DNA of 64,000 bases from Phoronis australis (Eukaryota; Animalia; Phoronida): positions 17,588-81,587 of the forward strand of contig NMRA01000271.1 of the NCBI GenBank assembly GCA_002633005.1, read 5' to 3'. This document shows positions 1-14,200 of this stretch, piece after piece; positions within the stretch are counted from its first letter, which is position 1, and every line of letters starts with the position of its first letter. Both the position numbers and the translations under genes were made by a program. The notes under the pieces are model-generated. The model ran no database searches. It worked only from the letters and a program-made list of their open reading frames with translations, and was not told where the DNA came from.

Positions 1-310
1 ATAGTAAAACATGTAATGTGAGTGTAATATTGTTCAATACAATGGCACTGATGGGACCATATTACTTGTTTTACAAAAAAGTCACCAAAACTGTTGTTTT
101 TACAAATATAAGTTTACTAAGCTCTTTGGTGATTATTAGGTAACTTCAAACTCAAATTTCTCAAAAATGTGCAACTTTATATGTGGGAACTTTTTAGATT
201 TTGAAAACACTCTAATAAATGAATTAAAAAACACCAAAATAAAATTGCCCCCCTAAAGTACTCACAAAAACCATTTTCTAGAGGCCCTACAAAATCTGGC
301 CCACCGACTA
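1..310. mobile_element. Right end of a DNA transposon (same family as 35071-38043)
   Basis: Ends in TCTGGCCCACCGACTA, the reverse complement (one mismatch) of the TAGTCGGAGGGCCAGA left end at 35071. Positions 60-300 closely match the reverse complement of 37781-38030. Confidence 0.75.
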
Positions 311-634
311 TAAGTGCATAACGAGGACGGACGTTGTGGAACTATAATCAAGCCAGTGAAATCCATCGTTTGCGCGTCAAGTCCATTGGTCTTTCTGACG
401 TTTACACAATGGGTGTACACAGCAAGTGAAGGTAGACTTAGACATTAACAAAGCACGAAAAACAGAAAAGATTTCGCAATTATTGAGCAACTTGCTCATT
501 TCCTAAACATACGCCAGTTATGCGCGCAATCGAGTTTATTGTAAACGTATTCATGGAAATTAGCGAATTTAAATAAACAAGCCTTGAAACAGCAAGGCAA
601 GACCCTCTTATAAACATAATTTCATAACTGATAA

Positions 635-3600
635 TCAGTCCTTGCGCTTGTGGTTGTGGTGTGGGTCCATGCACGTCTTTCCACAGCCGGTGGAGCAGCA
701 CTTTTGACGTCCATCACAGTCCTCGTCAATTTCGCACTCATGAACGCAAATCCCGATCTTTAACGAAGGGCATGATCCTAAAATCGAGGTAAAGCCAATG
801 AGCTAAATGAATATAATACTTTACAGTTACTGTAGTGCCTCTGTTGTTTCACGTCACTCGACCAAATAAACTGGCTACATTTCACCGGCCGGGCTGTTCA
901 ACTGACTAGAAACGAAAATCGTGTCTGTCTCATAAAGCTTGTCTCACGATATTCCTTAAGGTGATTGAATGTTTTATTACGAACGGAACATTGAAACTAC
1001 CAGAGACTCAAGAAAACTTTCCAGAATTTATTGGAGTTGGCTACTCTAACCCTAGAACTGCGAATTCGAAAATGGCGCATGTACGAATTGCCTGTGGCTT
1101 GAGTCGCTGGCTCATCACGTAACAAGTCACTATTGAATGAGCATGGTAATGTGTGCAAAATCCAGCTGAGGGCGCTTCAGTAAAGAATTCAACATTTGAC
1201 AGCTTAACAGCGACGAAGTGCCCCTTTAACCGTTACAGACAGTGTTATATCCACAATTCCAAGTCTTTGAGTACGTTAATAGATTACTAATAAACCCAAT
1301 GGCATTCAAATTAAGTGAATTTTATTCAAATGTCATGTAGATTCAAATAGCAATTCACATCGATACCAATAAAGAAAAAAATATTTGCAAACGTTGTGAA
1401 GGCGAATTTATTTCGCGTTGGACTGGTTTACTGTCGCGTATGATTCCAGGATCTTTATTCGGCTCACGAGGATAGATGCCCACCAAATGTTTTTATTTCC
1501 CTCAGGTAGCCCTTTATTTCAGTTTTCGTTCTCCGCAAATCTTTTATCTGTATTTTCTAAGTTTTCCTAGTTCAACGGAAAACCATTTTTCTGCAACACA
1601 TGTTTGTGAAAGTAATGACGGCAGTGTTCACCTTTCCGGGGCACTGATTGGCTGGAAGTATTTGCTTGATTGACATGTCGGAACTGTGTGTCACTGAATC
1701 CCCAGCAGATTCCATCATTCATTCAGAATGCTTCAATGCAGGGGCGGATCCAGGATTTTGAGTGAGGGGGGCAAGACAGAGTATTAGCCAGGATTTTTTG
1801 CGTCAGACATTTGCACCCCCGAACTGCCAAATATAATCTAGGAGAATTTTAAGGGANCCTTGGCCCCCCTCTAAATCCGCCACTGCAATGTATATACTTT
1901 ACGCCAAAAAATCTGAAAAAAATATGAAATCGTCTTCGATAAGATACAATGTGTCAACACTTTGAACTCTGCAGCGACATAGCGATGTTTAAAATTAGGT
2001 CGAGCATACCCCGGATCCATTAAAAAGTGGATAAAAACCCGCCTTCGTCGCAAAAAATGATTCAGACCACACACAGTTCTGAAACAGCTTTCAAATTGTT
2101 CCGAAGTCGAAGTAGATGCGATAGTCACGTAGCGTTATTTTGTTATTTTATCTCCGAGCATTGTCTCGAGCAATAACAAACTGATAGTTCTTCGCAACAC
2201 CACAAATCATTTCTCTTCTGAATAAGAAAAAAAAGATGAGACGAATTAGTGGTAAGTTCGTCTAAATCAAAAGTTAGCAACTTCGACGAAACGCGCGTTA
2301 ATATCCGCTTTAAAGAAAATGACCTGAGCTTTAAAATTCTTACCAGGCTTGGACTTGATTGGAATGCATTTCCCATTTTTACACGTGGTGCCCGTAAAGC
2401 ATTGAATTACCTGAAATGGAAAGGTAAATTTGGTGTTGATTTGAGCTTTTTTTTAAAGCTGCATTTCATACTCTTTAGCTGGATAAAAATGCAAATCTAA
2501 TTAGGCGTTTCATTCTCATAAAATCGGTTTTGTAATATTACTTAGCGTGACAAGGCTATATTTTCGTTACCAACAAAACATCGAAACCATCAGCTAGTCA
2601 AGAATACGTAGAGTTGGGGTTGGCAATCCTGCAATTGTGAATTCAACTGCGGCGCATGTACGCATTGCCTGTGATTTGAGTCGGAGAATAGGAATAGAAT
2701 CCCATAACCATAAGGAATATTATGGGACAAATTTGATCGTTTACCAGATGATAGAAGGAAAATAATTGACAGGATGGCGCAGGTTCGTGGAAACAACGCG
2801 GCCGGATGACGCGCGCACCCTACGTGACCAACTGTACGAACTCAAGAAGGAGACGACAAATACGTCGCCACCAATGCAGGGGCGGATCCAGGATTTTGAG
2901 TGGGGGGCATGGCACAGGAATAACCAGAATTTTGCCACATGCGCGTGCCCGACCTAAAATATAGGGATGCAGGGGTCGGTTTTCGGACCTCATTACTAAA
3001 AAAACGGTAAACGGTTTTTTTCAAGGTCCATGCATTTGCATTCCGTCCCCGAGTCGCCCTGGGTGCACGCATATGCTAGTCAGCAATTCGCACCCCGGAC
3101 TCATTGCCAAATGGTATCTGGGAGAATTTAGGGGGGGGGGGGGGNACGCCACTGCAATGTACCATATACTTATGAGAAACAATCTTAAATTAAAGTTGCA
3201 TTTTGCTGGCTAAACACGAAAACTGAATAACGTCTTTTACTGTCACAAAATCGGTATCATAATGTTCCTTACCGTGACAGGATTCCATTTCGGTTACCAA
3301 CTCAAGCCTTAGGTACTGCGTACATGAGCCATTTTCGAATTCATAACCTTTAGAATTTAACGATTTCTTGAGTTGCTGATGACTCCGATGTTCTTGTTGA
3401 TAACGGTAACAAAATTCTACCTCAGTAAGGAGCATTGTAAGACCGATTCGCTAAGAGTCAAACGCCTAAATCGATTTTCGTTTTTGGTGAGCAAAACAGA
3501 GCGAAATGCAGCTGTAAGCTTTTAAACTTTTTAAAAATATCTTTAACTGCACTATGTAAACGTCACGCAAATAATTTGAGGTCACGACCGTAGCCGGCAC

Positions 3601-5938
3601 AAAGACTGGAGCCGGACAATGGACCGAAATAATCGACGAATCTCAAGGGCACAAATCTTTCGGGACAGACAAGACACAAACGAGTATCATTTACCAGAAA
3701 TAAAATCCAGTTAGCATCAGTATAATTAGATATGGTCGTTCCTGACAAACCCGGGCGCAGTCGGCATTCGAAAAAATGCAATCAGTGCCCGCTATTCGAG
3801 ACTGGGCTTTGACAGTCAGGGTAAAAACTTCGGTTAGATTTACTGTTCAAGACACATATTACTCGATACTCAATTGGTTAGAAAATTAAGGTGCGATTCA
3901 ACAAAAGACTTAATGCCACTCAGAACTCAGGACTGTCTACAGACTGTGTAGGCTTCGACTCGGCTTCACGTTCTCGCCGAACACGCCGGTGCGGGATCAC
4001 AGGGTCGAGTTCGTACTGCCTCAAACACGCTAAGTCTGCCGACATGGCGAGGTCTAACTCATTACCTGTTTCACCCATGGCCTGAGTGTCATTCCCCCCA
4101 TCTTCATGATACCTGCATTCATGATACTCGTAAAGCTCGCTCTCTAAGTCTTCGTAACTTAAACAATCGCTTCTATCCGCCATTGCATATAATACCGTGA
4201 ACTGGTCAACGTCTTCCACAGATGACGTCACGTGTTGAGAAATCATTCGAAATTCCTCAATTATTTCCCAAAATAAGTGACTGTTTAGTTATATTTCGTG
4301 TTCTAAAATCATTATACAAGATCTAAAACCTCAACAATTGCATAAATTCAATGTAGGAACACTTTAAGCGAATTCCGTTGCTTACTGCACAGCGATCGCT
4401 CGCACTTCTTTTTTCTTTCGGTAAACATTTTCCGCCGGAACAAACTGACCCATAAGGGCAACCAGACATCTGAAACGAAGAGATTTCATTTAAATCGATT
4501 GGAAACGTGGGTAACACAAATACCTTCACCATTGGGTGACCCAATACAGTGTAGACCGATAGTGTAGTCTGTATTATCTTTTTCAACAGCTGTGAACAGA
4601 GGCACCTCAATTTGAACACATCGATGATGACAATTTTGTGGAGATAATTTCTGAAACGAAATTTGCAGAGTACCAGGCCGAATATTTGACCACCGACAAA
4701 GAAAAAAATGTAACTTTTAGTGTGAACTATTGTCATTCATATAATTGTAGAACATCTTGAGTACTCTTATGGCTTTATTTTAGATGTAATTTCCATTGGC
4801 GAATTTAGTGGGGGGGGGTCCAATTTCAAGTTTCAAATTCGGAACACGACGTATTCGTAACAGAACTGTGGCTAAGTATAGGCACTCCCGCGATATCCCA
4901 GACGACCGGCAGAAGCGCTGCGCACTACGACTCCGTTTCCGTCGTGTGCTTCACTGTGCAATGAAGAAAATTACTTCATTTTTTAAAGAAAATGGAACCT
5001 GAGTGACGATGAAAAAAACAGAAGCTGCTGGTAAGATGTAAATTTTAATCGAAGCCTTAGTGAATCACTCAGAAACTCATAATTCTCTCTTTGTCAAACC
5101 TTAACTTAAGACGATTTCCAGAGCAATCGCGTCATTAATGCCAACACATAAAACGGATTTGGTCTATTGGTCAATTGAAGACTATTTTAAATACAACAAA
5201 TTTGTTACGAACTGATTGCACAAAATATAAAAAGTATAATAATCATTACAAAAAGAAGTAGGTTTCGCGCGCAAACGCTGTGGACCATAAACAAGTAGGT
5301 CTCTTAGAATCTAATTACAAGTGAAATCGTGGTGGTGCAGTGGTAAAGCACGCGTACTCTATCCGCCAAGTCGTGAGTTCGAGTCTGTGGTAATTGAAGT
5401 TTTTCAAATTTGACACGTTCTCCGTGTTTTTTTTCCATCTTGGATAATACTTCAGGAATCAAGGAAAATGCTTGATTTTTAGAGGAATAAACAGAAAAAT
5501 TTTCCTGGCGGGAGGGGGGTTTGCCCCACTCGGTGCTATGCGCATCTACAATCGTGCTTTGCGCAAGTGTTTACAGACAAAATGTTGCCCCCCTTGTGAT
5601 ATCCTAGATCCGCCACTGATTTCCGCAAAATGACCTCTGTGTTCAATCTGAGGGCGACACCTATTGACAATCTTTACAGAGTGAACCTGCACTGAGGCCG
5701 GCTACTATACAAGCAAATGGTTCAGGTTCAACGTTTCACTTTTACAGTGCTACGTAAAACAAACAGTAACAGGACGATTACACTAGCAGAACTAGGAACT
5801 CGGTTTTCCAACTCCGCAGTTATAAAGCAAGAGACTTACCTCGCAGTCGCCCAGAATCAGTCCCGACAACGACCGACATTGTACAACAGCTATGAGCGCC
5901 AGGCACAGCGCTACCTGACGTAGAAAAAATACGCACAT
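635..5938 (-). CDS. WAP-cluster gene A: secreted Cys-rich protein (signal peptide, 4-Cys module(s), canonical WAP domain); middle exon(s) unresolved
   Basis: Exon 5938(or 5914)-5840 reads MCVFFLRQVALCLALIAVVQCRSLSGLILGDCE with a GTAAGT donor. Exon 4469-4386 reads MSGCPYGSVCSGGKCLPKEKRSASDRCA (TTTCAG/GTAAGC). Terminal phase-1 exon 777-635 reads (G)SCPSLKIGICVHECEIDEDCDGRQKCCSTGCGKTCMDPHHNHKRKD*, an 8-Cys WAP pattern. AATAAA on the minus strand at 535-540. The phase 0->1 linker exon was not confidently found. Confidence 0.75.
1739..1885. mobile_element. MITE family 1 (CAG[G/T]GGCGGAT TIR, 5-bp TSD; hAT5-like). Other copies at 2877-3153, ~5450-5618 (partial), 27022-27181, 27364-27519, 30693-30859
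   Basis: TIRs CAGGGGCGGAT...ATCCGCCACTG. Flanking direct repeats CAATG/CAATG (1739) and GTTGC/GTTGC (30693). Confidence 0.8.
5325..5405 (+). mobile_element. tRNA-derived SINE head or tRNA pseudogene
   Basis: A box TGGTGCAGTGG and B box GTTCGAGTC at tRNA spacing, but no complete acceptor stem. Confidence 0.5.
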
Positions 5939-8900
5939 TACTGGCGACTCACGAATACTTTTTCCGGGACTTAAACCAATTGATCCAGGCAAGGGAATTG
6001 TCGATTTGAAAAGTGTGCGTTTAACTGTTCTGTGAATAATGTCCCGTCAACCAAGTCATTTTCGTGAAATTGCTAAATATACTCGACTAAAGAGCATTCC
6101 CCATGTTTTTCACTTACAGGCTTGTTACTAGTAAATTGTTTTCGCTAACTTAACAAGAAAAACGGATTGTTTTTGAATTCTGAAAACCTACCGAATCATA
6201 TGGTTGTAAAACACAGGGTCAAGGCAACAGACGACTCAGATCACTGATGGAGCATGCACACAGCAATGTGGTATAACTTGAAAATGGCAGCCGGAAAACA
6301 GGTGGGACTTTTTGCAAGTTCGGCATAATGATAAATCCTACGCATACTTCGGGCAGTTTCCTCAAAGGATCACCGAGCTCAACATCATTTATAGAAAAAA
6401 ATGGCTGCTTTTTGATCAGTGTCATCTTGTTTCTAAATTTAGCAAAGCGTCAAATGAGTCGTGTGGTGTCCGCAAGTGTGACACGTTCGACAAACAAATG
6501 AAAGAAGCGTCATTCAGCGTGCAACGCCTGAAATTTCACCAAGCGCAATTTTGATTTTTGAACCCACACGCGGAACCTGGGGTGCTTTCAATTTCACCCA
6601 GACAATCCGAATCGACTCGCCGTTAGCATGACGTATTGTTTCAACAAGGTTAACGAGGATATTCCCCGGGTGGTTAGATTTAATGAAAATTTTTATTTTA
6701 TATCTCGGGTTGTCAATATGTCACATACATATGATTTATCACATTTTTATTAAAACAAACTCTAACACCATCGAAGTCGAAGAATGAACGACGCATTTCA
6801 GGATTTGAGTGGTTTTACTATTATTATAGTTTGTTGAACCCAACTGTACCAGAACTGGATCAATCTTTTACCAATGATATCAAGCAGAGTGTGAACGATC
6901 ATCACCTACATTGCGAGTTGTGTACGCGAGACACGTCCAATGACAATCTGTGTTTACTAAATAACATTGTTAGAAGAGATTAGAAAAGCCATCACAAATC
7001 TAAAAAATAGCGCCAGTAATATTTAGGTTCAAGTGTCTATACGTGAAACAGTGCCTACACTGATTTGGAAAGCCGGAAGATCCCGGATTCACACAGCGAC
7101 ACTTGAATCTCCCGGTAGTTGCTCACAAGGCTGCAACATCCGTCAAACAGTTCTGGCCTCGTTTTCGTGCCATTAGAGTTTCTTATGTCATTTGTTGGTG
7201 CCTTGATTTTTTTGCATTAACTGTATTCGACGTTATAATGGCAGAGAAATTTTACTGCTGTGGTGTGGGCTGCAACTCCGACGGCAGAAAGTTCGATAAA
7301 CTTGAGAAGTATCAATGGGTGCGATACTTTCTGACATGATTCCCAGAATAGGCCACACATTTCTAAAATAAAGTATCGATGTTAAATCGCGGTGCTGAGT
7401 GCTTAGGTGACTATTTCCCTTTCCAGCTAGCCCCTGTACGATATTTCATTGCCAGCCAATACTGTTTTCACTTGTTACTCGTGAATTTTAAAAGTTTTAA
7501 CCAAGATTACCATAACAATATTGATTCTGGGAATACGTGTAAAACCGTTGATAATGCAACCCATTTAAATCTTGGAACGTTTTTTGGTATAGCTGACGTA
7601 AACAAAGAAGTCGACTATCTTTCATCAAGTCTACAGCTACAATAAAAATAAGGCAAATTCTCGGCTTTATCTAGTTGTCATCTTGAAGGCAACGTCAACG
7701 AAATAGATTCTTGCAAGAATGTTTCAGTTTAATCTTTGTTTAGTTTTACAGACGATCACCTTTTCCATCAAGAATCAACACATCGTTAGCTTACCCCTAA
7801 AACACAGACTCTCTGATCCATGTGGCACTGCAGACTGACACTTCCAAGTCTGATTGGGCATGTAATTATTTTCAAGTTTTATACCAATGGGGAGAGACTC
7901 CGACGTCTTCACGTGTGACAGCTATGTGCGTCAGCATGGCAGGGTGTAAGGAAATAATCCCTTGAATTGATATCCTGACAGATGTTTGATGACCAAAACA
8001 TGAATAATACGTTACCCTTGCCACGTGGTAACACTGTGTTCTCTGCTTTGCAAAGCCACACGGTAACGTTGCAATCATTGCACAAGTTATGTGTTTTCCC
8101 CGGGTCCCAAAGTGAAATTTTTACAAGCTATAATTTTATGTTTGGCATATGTCTCGTGACAGCCAGGAATCGACGGTATCCAGGCGATCATTAAAGACAA
8201 AGTAATTCTGAGTCATTGCAGATGGGCATAGAAAAACCGACACCTATTGAGTAAAAAAGGCACCGACAAATGGAATGGAGGTTCGATGACGCACGTTCTT
8301 TGTTCGTCAAGGGATATGTGCCAAACATAAATTAGATGTCAGTACTCCAGAATATGTACTCGTCCTCTCATCTCAGTGACCCCCTTTTTCCTTTTACACC
8401 ATTTGTATCCTTCCTCACGGTGGGGTGGCCAGTGACCCCACCCCCAGAACAAGTGTCCACTGCAAAGTCACTTACTCTCACTGCGAGACGACAAAGGTTC
8501 GCAACCAGGAAAGTCACATTCCTCTTCGTTATTTGATCCACGATATGTACGTCGGGTGTCCATAGCAACAACTGTTTCCGCTTATCTGGTCATCTCAACT
8601 TGTTATCTACCGCACAGGTTTTCATTGATCACCAAGCAACGGGATTATAATTGGCTGCCCGTAAATATTTGGAAATTGTTTTGAAAAGGATTTTTGTTTG
8701 CTGGTTTATACGTTGTTTGGGGGCTAATCGAACCCTTTCTACAAATCATTGATGTAGCGTTAAGTGAGAGTTTAGGTTAATTGTTTTGTCTGATGTACGC
8801 GCATGCAAAGTTTCAATTCACCGGGAGTTTCATCGAGATCAGTTCAACAATAGTTTCATATAAGTAAATTTATTTCGACTTCACGATATTGTAATTATTA

Positions 8901-11233
8901 CAGAAAATATCAATAATAGCGTCATCGTAAACAGGTGCTCGCCAACACAATTTAGTTTAGAGCTCTGAGGAGCGTCTAATGCAAGCACAGAACAGTACAT
9001 ACACAAAACGTTTTTCATTTTCTTTTCAGCAACTTCCACAGAGTTTAATAAACCATACACACTTTATTTCAAATGTGAAGAATTTTGCTCTCGAATATAG
9101 TTTCGGTATAGCCAATCCTATGGCTTTCCTAAACGCAGTCCTTAGTTTTCTAAACAAAACGTAACTGCAAGGCAGAGTCCGACCGTGTTTTGTGCCGGGC
9201 CCTACGCCAACCGTTTCTTAGTTGATGATCCGACAAGAGTAAAAAATCCACACACCGTGTCTAGGAGAGCGTTTCATAAACCTAGTTTCTCGAGAGAAAA
9301 GCAAGATCTCTCAAGTCTTTGCAAAATCACACAAGTGAAAAGTCAGTGTTTTGCGAGAATGCTCGGAAGCTTACTAGGCCTGTTGTAGGAAACTGGCGGC
9401 CACTGAAATGATTGATCGATCAGGCTTGGATTCAGTTTTTCCGTTCCATAAGTGAAGACTTTTCGCCCCGAGAACAGGCTAATATTAGAGAGGTTTCGTA
9501 AAGCTACGTGAACGTGAATTATCACGCGTGCCGATTCACGTTACGGTAAGAAAAATGGGTTTCGCAACAGCTAAATTCTTTACGTGAACGTGAAAGTAAA
9601 CGTGAACTGAATAACTGAGCTCAGGGTGTCCAGTTATCGTAGTACATATCCGGTAGATTGCAAAGTACTTACAAATCACTCTGCGCGAATGCAACTTATT
9701 TTATTTTCATTCTCATAACATCTAACACAAATCAGTCAATTCAATTCAGTCAAATTTTTTAAGTTAATTTTGCGATGAGATTTAACATGTTATGTTCTAC
9801 AGCTAGCCCTCCCCCCTTCTTTCATCTCCATTTCAAGCCTCTATTCTCTTTCTTTTTTCTGCATTTCAAACTTTTCCCGGCCGTTCCAGTGTAATTTTTT
9901 GCTTTCGTATTTTCAGCTCTGCATCATGTTTTTGCTGTGAGAAAGTTGATGGAAAATCGCGTTGAATGTGAAAAAAGTCGTTTCTACAAACTACTGTGAA
10001 AAAATGGTCAACTCTTTTTAATGTGTAATTTATTTGCAGTTTAAAATAGATGCACGTAAATTAAGCATGTAAAAAAAATTAACAATGAACACAAAATCAT
10101 ATCTGTTAATAATCCATTCTAGCTCGATGATATCCAGCGAACCCCGGCAGAGTAAGGGTTTTGGAAAAAGGCCTTCCTTCAGGTAGACTTTAAGAACATT
10201 TACGGACAAAAGAATTGTGCTCACTTTATACTGAAGCACAGAAGAAAGATTGAGAACCGTATCAAAATAAAAATCGTTTCGATGGCTTGCCAAATAAGAA
10301 TTACAAAGAGGTCACAGATTTCTCGTTTAAAGCGACGCGAATCTCCCTGTATTCGCGTAAAAAATATACGCATGCCAAACACTCTCGGGATTGCGTCACA
10401 GCCAACAACGGCCTGACACGGAATTATGTATGCGTGATAATTCATGCCTTTTAGTCTACGGAACTCAACCCAGTTTAACGTCTACATCCAAAAACACCAC
10501 AAAAATCGCGTCCAAACCCATCCAGTAGTCAGGAAAGGTTTATCGATATTTCGCCATACAAGCAATACCTCCCACCTGAGTACACAGAACTACTTTATAG
10601 CGTAACCAAAGTTACACAAATGCCCCTACGACTGCACTCACACAGTCTCGTGCGCTGTACTTCTGGGCATGCGCATTATAGAAGTGAAAGGACGCTTGCT
10701 GATTTTGGCCGACTGAATATCACCTACTACAGGACTTTTCCTCGAGCAATCACCCATTATCCGCCGTTGTCGTCAGAAGCGATTGTCGTATGCTGTCCAG
10801 TGAAATGGCATTAATACATGTAGATCAATAATATAATGCACTCAGGCAGTCCGCGCATCTTCTCACCCACCAACTCAACAGTACTCCTGCGAGCACATAT
10901 TATACGTCCTTTTACGAAACTCCCAATTTTGGCATGACTTTTGTTTGATTCATAAGATGGCTTGCCTAATATCTTTGACACCAGATCAAGTGAAATGGTG
11001 TGAATGGAGGCGACGTTTCAAATAATGGAAATGAAATGAGCGACTGCTCGATCAATTCAGCACTGGTCAATTCCGCAATGTATTCTACTCTTTGGAAACA
11101 ACACTAAAGACTATACAAACTCACGTACGACAATCCCAACCGACGGTTTCAAAATCTCAGACAAATCACTTGTTATGTGATATACTGCAGGTGGATTCAT
11201 ATGCGTTTATGCCGCGTCAATAGTGTTTGTGTA

Positions 11234-14200
11234 TTATACAGGTACTTCGGGTGGTTTATTATCATCGGGAATGGATATGCAAGACTCTGTCATGTTCACA
11301 GGCTCTGTGCAGACAAATCCTTCACACGCAGTCGCGCAACAGAGGCGATGTGTTGCACAATCAGCATCATCGTCACATTCGATCACACACGAACCGTCAT
11401 GCTTTCCCTGAGGCGGACACGCACCTGAAATAAGCATAGAAGTTTAATTTTGATCTCTTGGTTAGACCAGAAAGATCATACTAGAATGTTCTCAAGTATT
11501 GCAAAGAGATTACATAGTCATTGCCTGGCATAACGTAGGTCGGAGTGCTAATTCCTAACAAACTAATAGAACAGCCAAACAAAACTTATGGAAATAACTG
11601 AACCCAAAGTCAGCCTACTCCTGACGCTGTAAAGATACTAAACTCGCGGTTTTTTGACCTGCGAAGAGATACTAACAATGTCTTCCCCATTCAGCTCGGC
11701 TAAAACAAAACAAAACAACGATCTGTAACTCTTGTAGACCCTTTAAGGTTTGGAACATAATTTGAAAACTCCTTAGTTACGGCCAAGCGTGACCTACGCT
11801 TTAGGGAAAGCTCACCCGCAAAGAACTATCCATTCTGAGACACGCAGTGCTTACGTGCTTTTAGCTCAATAACCTTCCGTTTTTGACCCGTCGATTAGCA
11901 CTCAGTATAACTTAGCCGCCGATTATACATCATAGCCATGGACGAATACCATTTAAAATGGATTTATTCCAATGCTTGCATGTGTCTCTTTTCGAAAAAC
12001 AGTGTAGAAGCACAAACTGCATGGCTTTTTAGCTTTGTTTTCCACCAACAATTTTTTCAGATTTTTAACTGCAAAAAACGGCGATGAAGACGGAAGAAGG
12101 CCCAGAACTGATTTAACGTATTACCAGATATCATGCAACACACTTTTTTTATCAAGTAGTGGGATTTTCTGTTCCAGAAATAATTTAACCTTGCTATTAA
12201 CAAGATATTTTGCAGTTTTCTGAAGTAGACAGGTTTTATTGGTTTCTTATCTTCACCTGCATGCTTCCTTGCCAAACCTGTTTTCAAGCCTCATAATCGG
12301 CCACGCCCAGGAAAGGTAGTCAACCGCCAATGGATATACGGCAAGAATATTTAAATTTTTGTGGGCAATCGCACAAGGCTTTATTGTTATTCCACCCCAA
12401 AATAGAAGACACCTTCTTGTTTCCTAGCAAGAAAACTTTGAACGACCTTTGTACCTGGTTTACGTAATGGATAGCATTCCCCATCTCTGCATCTGCTTCC
12501 GTCAATGCACGTGCGTTCCTGTAAATGAAACTGAGTTATTGCAGAGATTTTATACTGTGTTATTGAGGGATATTGAGGGGTAGGTGTGTTTAGTGGCCAG
12601 AGGACATACTCTGGCAAAACACTGAATACTGAACGTGGAGTTACTTCTGGGAAAAATGGTTTGAAAATCAGGCGCCCTAGGCCTTAGAGACACAGCCCAT
12701 AGGTGACCACGTCAAAACTAGGTTTTTGGCAATCATTTACCGGAAACTGATGCATTGGTACTGCAAGGACGATGACAAGAAGAACTTGCTGACTAAGTGT
12801 GGTCATCTAATTGGTGAAGTAACACATAGCTACTACAACTGACTACAGTACACACACCATCCGAAACACCTCGGGTATTTTCCTACCTTCAAATTTCCCC
12901 TAGGAGGTGAACGGTTATCTGAGCATCAGCCAGCTTCAATCATACGGCAAGCCATGTGTTTTTCAAATTGTAAAAAGATTGGTGGTCTAACTGAAGTTCG
13001 TATTGGCGCAGGGTAAATTTGAGGAAACGAAAATTCCCGAGGTTTTCCGAATCTATGCAAACATTTACATTGTAAGTCGAGTCATTGCGCAGGGCTGAGG
13101 ACGTAAACGCAAGAATCTCACGAAAGAAACTTAGTGATAATATGCTTAGCTTGAAATGCATGGCGATATCTCGCAAAGTCTTGCGTGGTATTGCGCTTTC
13201 GTGAGGTTTAGTCATGTTCCTACTTACTTACTATCGCAGTTAGCCTCGCTACCAAAATGAAAATTCCTATTCCTACAACTGCAGAGTGTTGCAGCGTTAT
13301 TAGTTCAAAGACTTCTTCCGGCATTTTCTCATTCTAAAACTTCATGAAACAGGTTTGAACCAGTGCAAATCAATTTAGCCCCAACTTATTTTTAAATAAC
13401 ATTCATTTGTCTCTTTCAACATGACGATAGTACTTCAGTAAATAAACAGAAACCGATATCGAATTTTTTTTAAATTGAAGTTCTGTTGTTTGTAGAGGAG
13501 CACCAATGAAATGACGGCTGGAGTGAATGGCACTTTCACACAATTAGAAAATTGACAGAAAAAACGGAGTTCTGTAATTTGACTAAGTGCTTCTATTTTA
13601 GTTAGGGTGTCTCTCTGTCTACTCATTGTGTGTAGGCTACTAAACAGATGAAAACAAAGGACACCTTATCTCTAAACCCGTAATTCTGAAAACACACGGT
13701 AGCACGGTCAAAAAACCTAAGAAAGTCATACCGCACATTTGTCTTCAGCCACTATAGGTAAACATCGACCCTTGGAACATTGCGTAGCGGCTGGGCAGCG
13801 TACCATCTGCAATACACGAGTGATCTCACTCAATTTCACATCAACACATGCCGACCTGTTACTTGCACGCATTAAAAATATTGTGTGATAGTGGCGAATT
13901 TTAGTGGCTGCAAATTTCAAATTAAAGAGCTGCATTTCGAAAACGGCGCGCAGGGAATTCCACCTCAAAGATAAGATCAGTCGGTCACGTGACACAACGA
14001 CGACGGTTCACCATGAGCACATCGCAGATCGCTGTTGGTTCGGTTCTTAGGTAAGAATTCGAAATATGTGAAAAGCAACAGATAGACAGGTAGATATGTA
14101 GCTCTAAGGCTGGAAGATATCGCTCAAATGTTATGGAATTTACGATATATTGAAACAAATATGTAAAATCGGTAACCAAAGTCTTTGACCGATAAGGACG

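Noticed and set aside
5325-5400. Functional tRNA gene
   Set aside because: A and B boxes are present but I could not build an acceptor stem; 20414-20490 likewise continues into a SINE body.
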